Assembly (NCBI GenBank): GCA_937989565.1
Contig: CALKRM010000028.1
Span: forward strand, 717-64,716
Length of the DNA stretch: 64,000 nt
DNA from: an uncultured Candidatus Saccharibacteria bacterium
GTDB lineage: Bacteria; Patescibacteriota; Saccharimonadia; Saccharimonadales; Saccharimonadaceae
Reading direction: 5' to 3'
The position numbers and the translations under genes were made by a program. Position 1 is the first letter of the stretch; the number at the start of each line of letters is the position of its first letter. This document shows, one piece after another, positions 57,530-64,000 of this stretch. Under the pieces are notes generated by a model. That model ran no database searches, was not told the DNA's origin, and worked only from the letters and a program-made list of their open reading frames with translations.

Positions 57530-58465
57530 CTATTCTTCGTCTTTGTTTCGGTAATTGACGAGTAGAAATAGGTTGCCACCTAATGCTGCACCGATTAGGG
57601 TAGCGGCAATTACTTCCAGGCTAAAGCGTGAATAGCTCTTTTCACCTTCAGCTGGCAATACTCCGTTGCTACGTAGTTGAGAGTCGGTTTTCTCTGTAAC
57701 AGCCAAAGAAACTGCTGGGTTCAAAGTTGCGCCTGAGATGTAGATTTCGCGTGGGTAAGTGCGGCCGTTTTTCTCAGTTTGAGTAGTGCTTTGATCTTTT
57801 TGGATTTTTGCAATAGCAGTACTTTTAATGTACGAAGAGATTGAGCCAGATACGACTAGGCCAATCATCAACGCTAAGCCAATTCCAAAAGCTTGACCAG
57901 CTGCTTTGATTTCTTTGCGCTGCAAAACTGCGGCGACGCCAAATACAAATACAGCGGTACCGACTAATTCCATCGCGAAGATGTTCCAAGAGAACGCGGT
58001 GAATTGGTCAAAGCTTAGGGCAAATCCGCCGTTTGTTAATGAGCCAACAAGTACGATAGCGGCCATTGCACCGAGGAATTGTGCGCCCCAGTAAAATGGA
58101 ACAAGTACGGTCTTTAGCTTACGCATTGTCCATAGACCAAATGTGACAGCTGGGTTTACGTGTGCGCCAGAAATGTTGCCGATAATTGCAACGATGAACA
58201 TCAATGCAAAACCGACATACATTGATGACAAAATGTCTGATGCGAATAATGCGGCAAGTGTCAAAATGAACGTACCGATAACTTCCGCAATAACGATGTT
58301 AATTAAGTTGTTTGGTAATTTAGAATCTAGTTTGACACGCTTGCTTTTAGCGGTAGATTCAGCAACGACGCGCTTGACGGTCGTTTTGGTTTCAGTCTTA
58401 GCGGCAGCGGTTTTCTTTTCTGCGGCTTTAACTGGGGCTTTCTTTGAAGTTTTCTTCGTAGCCAT
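57530..58465 (-). CDS. MIP-family channel (aquaporin/glycerol facilitator) with a Lys/Ala/Thr-rich N-terminal tail
   Basis: 311 aa. NPA boxes HVNPAVTF and TLNPAVSLA. About 50-aa tail MATKKTSKKAPVKAAEKKTAAAKTETK.... Confidence 0.9.
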   Translation of the reverse strand: MATKKTSKKAPVKAAEKKTAAAKTETKTTVKRVVAESTAKSKRVKLDSKLPNNLINIVIAEVIGTFILTLAALFASDILSSMYVGFALMFIVAIIGNISGAHVNPAVTFGLWTMRKLKTVLVPFYWGAQFLGAMAAIVLVGSLTNGGFALSFDQFTAFSWNIFAMELVGTAVFVFGVAAVLQRKEIKAAGQAFGIGLALMIGLVVSGSISSYIKSTAIAKIQKDQSTTQTEKNGRTYPREIYISGATLNPAVSLAVTEKTDSQLRSNGVLPAEGEKSYSRFSLEVIAATLIGAALGGNLFLLVNYRNKDEE

Positions 58466-58522
58466 ATTCCCTCCTTAAAGTAATATCACGACTATTATAA
58501 CATAATTTGCTATACTGTAGTT

Positions 58523-58759
58523 ATGGGATTATTTGTAAATCAACAGGATCAGCGCAGTGAATTGCAAGAGCGAATTGCGGCGGAATTAAGAGAGAAGGCG
58601 AAGGCTTCGAGTTTGCAAGAAAAGGCAACTATGGACGGCGTCGACGACATAAAATATTTGGAAGGCACGAAACAGACGACGACTTTGGCGTGGGCGTGGA
58701 TTTTAATTGCTATTATGGTTGGTGCGGTGATTGTAATGTTTTTAATGCAAGGACGATAA
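58523..58759 (+). CDS. hypothetical tail-anchored small protein
   Basis: 78 aa. TGcTATACT 6 nt before the ATG. C-terminal TM is LAWAWILIAIMVGAVIVMFLM. Its stop is 1 nt before the pheS ATG. Confidence 0.45.
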   Translation: MGLFVNQQDQRSELQERIAAELREKAKASSLQEKATMDGVDDIKYLEGTKQTTTLAWAWILIAIMVGAVIVMFLMQGR

Positions 58760-58760
58760 A

Positions 58761-59804
58761 ATGGTTGACTTAGACGAATTGAGAAGAGAAATAGTTTTGG
58801 CGGTTTCGCAATCCAAGTCTCCGCGTGAGTTTTTACGTGATCGACGACTCAGGGAATTGTATGATCAAATCAAGTCATTACCGCCAGTTGAGCGTGGTCC
58901 GTTCGGCAAGCGAATTAACGAGCTGAAGCAAGCTGTTGAACAGGCTATTGCTGTGCGACTGGAAGAGCTGGAAAAAGTTGACTTGAAGCCGATTGACGTT
59001 ACGGCGCCGATGGATGTGAATTCGCCAAAGCCCGAACTTTTGCCGAGCGAACAAGGCACGATTCATCCGCTGAGCGCTGAAATCGAGCGCATTTCTGAGA
59101 TCTTTAATCGCATGGGTTTTGTCACGGAAGAATCCAGAGAAATTGACGATCAATTCCATATGTTCGAGAGTCTGAATTTTCCAAAAGGTCATCCAGCGCG
59201 CGACGATTACGATACGTTTATGACCGAGGAAACTGATTCTAATGGTGATCGTTTGATTGCTCCGGCGCATACGTCGACTATGCAAAATCGTGTGCTAATG
59301 AAATATCGCGACAATTTGGAAAAAGGCGAGGCTATTGCCGCTATCGTTCCTGATCGCGTCTTTCGCAACGAGGATTTGGACGCGCGCCACGAGCATACGT
59401 TTTATCAAGTCGAGGGTGTGTACGTTTCACGCCGAGTTAATGTTGGTAATTTGATTGCTACATTGCAAGAATTTTTGCAGGAATATTACGGCAAGAAACT
59501 TGACGTTCGCGTTAATCCATTTTACTTTCCGTTCACCGAGCCGAGTTTTGAATTTGCGTTAAGCTGTCCGTTTTGTGAAGGAAAAAATCCTGATTGTAAA
59601 GTCTGTTCTGGTGAGGGTTGGATTGAGCTATTGGGCTGTGGAATGATTCATCCAAATGTTCTTCGCGCGGCGCAAATTGACCCGAATGAATATACGGGAT
59701 TTGCTTTTGGTTGCGGAATCGACCGCTTGGTTATGATGAAATATGGAATCGAAGATGTCCGTCATTTTGAAAGTGGCAAGTTGGACTTTTTGGAACAATT
59801 TTAG
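58761..59804 (+). CDS. pheS: phenylalanyl-tRNA synthetase alpha subunit
   Basis: 347 aa. Class II motifs (HP...., FRNE, GFAFGCGIDRL). No pheT downstream. Confidence 0.95.
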   Translation: MVDLDELRREIVLAVSQSKSPREFLRDRRLRELYDQIKSLPPVERGPFGKRINELKQAVEQAIAVRLEELEKVDLKPIDVTAPMDVNSPKPELLPSEQGTIHPLSAEIERISEIFNRMGFVTEESREIDDQFHMFESLNFPKGHPARDDYDTFMTEETDSNGDRLIAPAHTSTMQNRVLMKYRDNLEKGEAIAAIVPDRVFRNEDLDARHEHTFYQVEGVYVSRRVNVGNLIATLQEFLQEYYGKKLDVRVNPFYFPFTEPSFEFALSCPFCEGKNPDCKVCSGEGWIELLGCGMIHPNVLRAAQIDPNEYTGFAFGCGIDRLVMMKYGIEDVRHFESGKLDFLEQF

Positions 59805-59808
59805 CAAT

Positions 59809-60441
59809 ATGAAACTCCGACGGATTAAGGATTTTTTATACAAGAATCGCCTTCAGGTGCTCTGTATTCTTAATGGTGTCGTTTTGGCTGTGGGCTTGGT
59901 TGTGGCGATGCTGCTTTCTGATGATACTCGGTGGACGAACTGGAGCTTGAGTAGATTGGGCGAAACCACCTCGAACCGTTTGTCTGCATTTTCGTTCAAC
60001 TCGGGAGTATTCTTATCTGGTTTGATTATGGCGACGATTGGGTTTTTTATAAATCGTGGTTATCTTAAACTTGGCCAAATTCGCTCTGCTCGAATATCCG
60101 GCTGGATACTTTCATTGTTTGCGATTTGTATGATAGGAGTGGCGCTTTGTCCGAACGATACAATGCACGCGGCGCATTTTGTTTTCTCGCGTGGCATCGT
60201 GATATTGATGGTGCTTTTGATGTTTCTTTTGCCGTCGAGTTTGAGCTATTTAACTCATCGTGAGCGAATATCATCTTTCAGTTTTCCGATTTTTGCGGCA
60301 ATTATAGCGGCGCAAGGTTACGCGATGGGCAAGTTTTGGTTTGTGATAGTAGAAGTTTTATTGGGGATTTTTGCGACAATGTGGCTAGTCCTGGTTTGCC
60401 GTAGAATGGAACTTAAATTGCTCGACCTGAAAACTTCATAA
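59809..60441 (+). CDS. hypothetical 6-TM membrane protein (possibly DUF998-like)
   Basis: 210 aa from ATG 59809, 4 nt after the pheS TAG (track start 59743 overlaps pheS). WSLSRLGE motif. Confidence 0.5.
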   Translation: MKLRRIKDFLYKNRLQVLCILNGVVLAVGLVVAMLLSDDTRWTNWSLSRLGETTSNRLSAFSFNSGVFLSGLIMATIGFFINRGYLKLGQIRSARISGWILSLFAICMIGVALCPNDTMHAAHFVFSRGIVILMVLLMFLLPSSLSYLTHRERISSFSFPIFAAIIAAQGYAMGKFWFVIVEVLLGIFATMWLVLVCRRMELKLLDLKTS

Positions 60442-60459
60442 AATGCTATAATTACTTCA

Positions 60460-60693
60460 AAAGGAGTAATTATGAATCACACAATTTTTGACGACATCGT
60501 ATCTGGAAAAATGAAATCTTGGAAGATTTGGGAAGATGAGAAATTCCTAGCATTTTTAACACCGTTTCCGAATACGCCAGGTTTTACTGTGGTGATTCCG
60601 AAGCAGAATCCAGGCGATTACGTATTTTCTTTGGATGACAATTTATATTCCGAAATGATGCTGGCAGTGAAAAAAGTTGCTGGTATTTTAGAA
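60460..60693 (+). repeat. direct repeat copy 1 (HIT gene SD plus first 222 nt)
   Basis: 229/234 identical to 62169..62402. The 5 mismatches (60612, 60636, 60639, 60666, 60690) are all synonymous third positions. Confidence 0.95.
60472..60693 (+). pseudogene. 5' fragment of a HIT-family gene (74 codons) fused out of context; the track ORF 60472..60846 is a chimera
   Basis: Protein is identical to the intact HIT copy through ...KKVAGILE. It then reads through the pheS-remnant and rclA-upstream sequence. Own promoter TGcTATAAT at 60444-60452 plus an AAGGAG SD. Confidence 0.85.
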
Positions 60694-60695
60694 GC

Positions 60696-60725
60696 GGTAA
60701 GTTGGACTTTTTGGAACAGTTTTAA
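60696..60725 (+). other. remnant of a pheS 3' end (last 9 codons plus stop)
   Basis: ggtaagttggactttttggaacagttttaa versus pheS 59775-59804 ggcaagttggactttttggaacaattttag. 27/30 identical; the differences are synonymous or change the stop type. Confidence 0.85.
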
Positions 60726-60847
60726 GGAGCTATTACACACGATAATAGTAGTAGCTCAAAAACTTGTAATAAAAGAGGCAGTTCTGTGTGCCGATAGAGA
60801 ATTTGTTGCAGCGAGAGAGATCGCTAAAAAAGATAGGAGGAGGTAAA

Positions 60848-62170
60848 ATGGATACACAACAATTTGACGCACTCATCATTGGTTTTGGCAAAGCTGGCAA
60901 AACATTGGCGGTAGCGCTGGCAAATGCGGAAAAAAAGGTAGCGCTAGTGGAGCGGTCGCCAAAGATGTATGGCGGCACCTGTATTAATATTGCTTGTATT
61001 CCTACTAAGGTGCTAGTCAATGCAGCCGAACATCATCAAAGTTTTGATGAGGCGATGGCACATAAGACAACAGTGGTAGCGCGGTTGAATGAGAAGAACT
61101 ATCATATGCTTGCGGATCGTGAAACAGTGAGCGTCATTGAGGGTGAGGCATCGTTCGTAGATGATCGTACTGTGAAGGTTGTGGCGGGTAGCGACGAGCT
61201 AGTAGTTAGTGCACCGCAGATTTTTATTAACACCGGTGCGGAATCAATCATCCCAGATATTCCAGGTGTTGATAAGCCGTTTGTGTATACCAGTACTGAA
61301 TTGCTGGATAGAATGACGCAGCCAAAACAGCTAGCTATCATTGGTGGCGGTTATATTGGGTTAGAATTTGCCTCAACTTATGCTAAACTTGGTACAAAAG
61401 TAACGGTGTTTGAGCGGGGTGATGCCTTACTTACGCGTGAAGATCCGGCAATTGCTCGGGCTGCTACTGAAGCATTGCAGGCACAGGGTATTGAGATTGT
61501 GTTTAGTGTGGATGTGACAGCGATTGAGGGTGAGTCTACCGCGACGATTCGCACAGTAAATCATGATGATTACGCTGGTTATGATGCGGTTTTGATGGCT
61601 ACGGGCCGTCGCCCGGCAACGATGAGCTTGAATTTACCAGCTGCTGGTGTAGCGACGGATGAGCGCGGGGCAATTGTGGTTGATGAAACACTTCGCACTA
61701 GTCGGTCACATATTTGGGCAATGGGCGATGTAACGGGCGGGCCACAATTTACCTATGCGTCGCTGGACGATTTTCGGATTGTGAGAAGCCAGTTGCTGGG
61801 TGACGGTCTGTACACTCGCGCCAAACAAAAAACCTTGCCGTACACGGTCTTTATGCAAACGCCGCTAGGTCGGGTGGGTATGACAGAGGCTGAGGCGCGT
61901 GCGACGGGGTGCGAAATTATCGTAAAAGAGCTGCCTGCTATGGCGATTCCACGCCTGCATGTTGATAATGCTACAACAGGATTGCTGCGTGCGGTGATTG
62001 ATGCAAACACTGAACAAATTTTGGGTGCTAGTTTATTGTGCCGTAACTCACCAGAAGTCATTAATATTATCAAAACTGTAATGGATAATGGCCTGCCATA
62101 TACTGTGCTGCGTGACCAAATATTCACTCATCCAACGGTGAGTGAGGCATTAAACGATTTATTTGCATAA
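60848..62170 (+). CDS. rclA: class I pyridine nucleotide-disulfide oxidoreductase, RclA (YkgC)-like
   Basis: 440 aa from ATG 60848 (AGGAGGAGG SD). IIGFGKAGKTLA, redox motif MYGGTCINIACIPTK, GGGYIGLEFAS, WAMGDVTGG.QFTY, FTHPT.SE. Near-colinear with E. coli RclA as I recall it. Confidence 0.8.
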   Translation: MDTQQFDALIIGFGKAGKTLAVALANAEKKVALVERSPKMYGGTCINIACIPTKVLVNAAEHHQSFDEAMAHKTTVVARLNEKNYHMLADRETVSVIEGEASFVDDRTVKVVAGSDELVVSAPQIFINTGAESIIPDIPGVDKPFVYTSTELLDRMTQPKQLAIIGGGYIGLEFASTYAKLGTKVTVFERGDALLTREDPAIARAATEALQAQGIEIVFSVDVTAIEGESTATIRTVNHDDYAGYDAVLMATGRRPATMSLNLPAAGVATDERGAIVVDETLRTSRSHIWAMGDVTGGPQFTYASLDDFRIVRSQLLGDGLYTRAKQKTLPYTVFMQTPLGRVGMTEAEARATGCEIIVKELPAMAIPRLHVDNATTGLLRAVIDANTEQILGASLLCRNSPEVINIIKTVMDNGLPYTVLRDQIFTHPTVSEALNDLFA

Positions 62171-62402
62171 AGGAGTAATTATGAATCACACAATTTTTGA
62201 CGACATCGTATCTGGAAAAATGAAATCTTGGAAGATTTGGGAAGATGAGAAATTCCTAGCATTTTTAACACCGTTTCCGAATACGCCAGGTTTTACTGTG
62301 GTGATTCCGAAGCAGAATCCGGGCGATTACGTATTTTCTTTGGACGATAATTTATATTCCGAAATGATGCTGGCGGTGAAAAAAGTTGCTGGTATTTTGG
62401 AA
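62169..62402 (+). repeat. direct repeat copy 2 (inside the intact HIT gene)
   Basis: See copy 1; offset 1709 nt. Confidence 0.95.
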
Positions 62403-62642
62403 AAAGCATTTGATACCCCACGAGTAGCGCTGATTTTTGAGGGCACGGGCGTGGCGCATGTGCACGCCAAATTGATGCCGCTTCATGGCGATTTGGCAAA
62501 GGGAATTGGTTCGCCAGTGTCACACGAGCAAGCGTTTTATGAGGAATATCCTGGCTGGTTAACCACGGCTGACGGTCCAAAAATGGACGATGCTCAGCTG
62601 GATGAAATTCAGGCGCGAATCTTAGCTGCGCAAGGTAAATAG
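62181..62642 (+). CDS. HIT-family nucleotide hydrolase/transferase (variant triad HVHAK)
   Basis: 153 aa from ATG 62181. The SD AAGGAG overlaps the rclA TAA. FLAFLTPFPNTPGFTVVIPK, GTGVAHVHAKLMP. Confidence 0.88.
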   Translation: MNHTIFDDIVSGKMKSWKIWEDEKFLAFLTPFPNTPGFTVVIPKQNPGDYVFSLDDNLYSEMMLAVKKVAGILEKAFDTPRVALIFEGTGVAHVHAKLMPLHGDLAKGIGSPVSHEQAFYEEYPGWLTTADGPKMDDAQLDEIQARILAAQGK

Positions 62643-62649
62643 TGATTTT

Positions 62650-63645
62650 CTATTTTGATTCTAATTTTACGTCTTTTCCTTCGTACATATCCAAATAGAA
62701 CGGATATAATTTGTCAGCGTGCTTTTTAACCTCGTCTTGGTTTAAGGCTACAATGTCGTGACCGATGCCAAATGAGGCCGGAATCGAATAATATTGGAAT
62801 TTGGCGCCAGAAGCTGCAGCCATTTGCTTAGGTATGTTGACCGCGAGATTTTTATCAATTGCGGTGTCGTTTTCGCTCGTTACAACCCCTACATATTTTA
62901 GCCCTGGAGCTTTTAGGTCGGATTTATAGTTCTTAGCGATTATTATATATTTTCCAAGAGCGCGATATGACAAATTGCTACCCGTGAACGAATCTGGAAG
63001 AATATTCCGTCCGTAAAGATTTCGTAAAAGCGGAATTTTCCAGGAAGGGGTTTCTGACGCTGAAGGCTGATAAAAAGGTGATAAAAGTAGTGCTCGTGAT
63101 ATGGTTTGGCTGTTGTACTGAGTAATCCAGGTAGCCATATTTGCGCCGCCAGAAAGTCCGATAACTCCCGTTTCATCGCCCAAACCACTAATTATGCTGG
63201 TGCTGGAGTTCATAAATTGCGCCATTGCTGGAATGGTGATTTCTCCGTGTCGTTTGTTGTCCGTCAGACCGTGGCTGGGGACGCGGGGAATATAGACGTT
63301 ATAGCCGGCGTTGAAAAAGGTGTCGCCCAAGTCTGCGAATTGCTGTGGGCATGCGCTTACGCCATGAATCATCATGACGGCTTTGGCGGTTTTTTTGCCG
63401 TGGGTTTTAATAATCGATCGACATTCTGGTCTAACGTCGGTATTTGAAGTGTCTTCGCTAACAGTACGATTTGCAGCGGCGATGGCGTCGTCGTAGCTCA
63501 ATTTTTCAGAACTTGAAGATTGCAATTGCTTGGATGTTGCTGGCCAAAAGAAAGCTGCGGCGACTAGTAAGGCAGTTATAATGACAATTGAGCAGACTAC
63601 CCAAATAGTAATTTTTATAATGCGATTTTTTCGTGAAGTGTCCAT
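62650..63645 (-). CDS. membrane-anchored alpha/beta hydrolase (esterase/lipase-like)
   Basis: 331 aa. N-terminal TM, oxyanion MMIHGV, nucleophile elbow GLSGGA, C-terminal GHD. Confidence 0.78.
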   Translation of the reverse strand: MDTSRKNRIIKITIWVVCSIVIITALLVAAAFFWPATSKQLQSSSSEKLSYDDAIAAANRTVSEDTSNTDVRPECRSIIKTHGKKTAKAVMMIHGVSACPQQFADLGDTFFNAGYNVYIPRVPSHGLTDNKRHGEITIPAMAQFMNSSTSIISGLGDETGVIGLSGGANMATWITQYNSQTISRALLLSPFYQPSASETPSWKIPLLRNLYGRNILPDSFTGSNLSYRALGKYIIIAKNYKSDLKAPGLKYVGVVTSENDTAIDKNLAVNIPKQMAAASGAKFQYYSIPASFGIGHDIVALNQDEVKKHADKLYPFYLDMYEGKDVKLESK

Positions 63646-63697
63646 GAGTATATTATATTGGTTGCGAGTGGAGTTGTGAAGTTTTGTGGCGATCTTC

Positions 63698-64000
63698 TTA
63701 ATAGTCCATACAAATATCTCTATAAGGTCGCGTCACAATTTCCATTGAATTCAGACCGAGTTTGGCCTCAACTTCACTAATCGTCATCAGCGCACTGGCC
63801 TCATCATCCGACAAAACCTCAACTTCCACGAAAGTCCCAGAGTCTTTGATTTCGTCGATGGCTACCGTTGCTTGCGGAAAGTCAGAGGACTGAAACGAGC
63901 GACGATATTTGTTGACCTCGACCAGTTGTATCATACCGAGGTTTGCCAGTAGCTGCTTGGCGATTGCCGCATCTTCGGGCTGAATTGGCAGGTTCGTCTC
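63698..64000 (-). CDS. CYTH-domain protein (class IV adenylate cyclase/triphosphatase family), 5' end beyond the window
   Basis: The frame stays open from 63934 to nt 64000 (ETNLPIQPEDAAIAKQLLANLG-MIQLVEVNKYRR...). IDEIKDSGTFVEVEV and TRPYRDI are typical of the CYTH C-terminal half. Confidence 0.65.
   Translation of the reverse strand, partial: ETNLPIQPEDAAIAKQLLANLGMIQLVEVNKYRRSFQSSDFPQATVAIDEIKDSGTFVEVEVLSDDEASALMTISEVEAKLGLNSMEIVTRPYRDICMDY

Noticed and set aside
60472-60846. 124-aa ORF taken as an intact gene
   Set aside because: Only the first 74 codons are HIT sequence. The rest is read-through across the pheS 3' remnant and the rclA upstream region, so it is a chimeric junction ORF. 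I treat it as a gene fragment.

Overview
This is 64 kb of a compact, roughly 90% coding chromosome at about 42-45% GC by eye. About 60 of roughly 72 protein genes are on the + strand. Content is mostly housekeeping. DNA repair and replication: pcrA, uvrA, uvrC, ligA, sbcB, rmuC, ruvX. Translation: metG, alaS, leuS, pheS, rpsP, rpmF, rsmA, mnmA, trmD, rnc, nusB, obg. Cell wall and division: two DUF348/G5 hydrolases, mltG, a LysM-CHAP hydrolase, pgeF, a MurF-like ligase, a PAP2 phosphatase, ftsA. Membrane housekeeping: secG, htpX, lemA, dedA, an ABC exporter, an aquaporin. TGA, TAA and TAG all terminate confident genes, so the code is standard. The reduced, domain-trimmed enzymes, membrane-anchored extracytoplasmic proteins and gene order suggest a Candidatus Saccharibacteria (TM7)/Patescibacteria-type epibiont; this is an inference I cannot verify here. 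I call 4 tRNAs (Leu-GAG, Cys-GCA, Leu-TAA, Gln-CTG) and one small gene missing from the ORF track (rpmF). I move several ORF-track starts, and I found no rRNA, CRISPR array, transposase or integrase. The accessory or unusual loci are listed here. (1) 59.8-62.4 kb holds a recombination scar: a 234-bp direct duplication of the HIT gene 5' end and a 30-bp pheS 3'-end remnant bracket an RclA-like oxidoreductase. (2) 6.6-7.9 kb holds a minus-strand surface-protein gene with cell-wall-binding repeats plus Ltp-type repeats, broken by an in-frame TAG and an A7 frameshift. (3) 32.5-35.3 kb is a compositional mosaic: a very AT-rich insertion carrying an EXLDI-type gene truncates a uracil-DNA-glycosylase-family gene, followed by a GC-richer HD gene and an unassigned 339-aa protein. 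(4) 53.2-53.9 kb is a GC-richer single-gene insertion with its own palindrome and terminator, sitting between the KH-protein gene and trmD. (5) Across the window, extended -10 boxes sit 6-7 nt before start codons, implying leaderless mRNAs, and the tRNAs likewise have almost no 5' leader. I found no multi-gene system that I can defend as novel; the candidates above are flagged with their limits.
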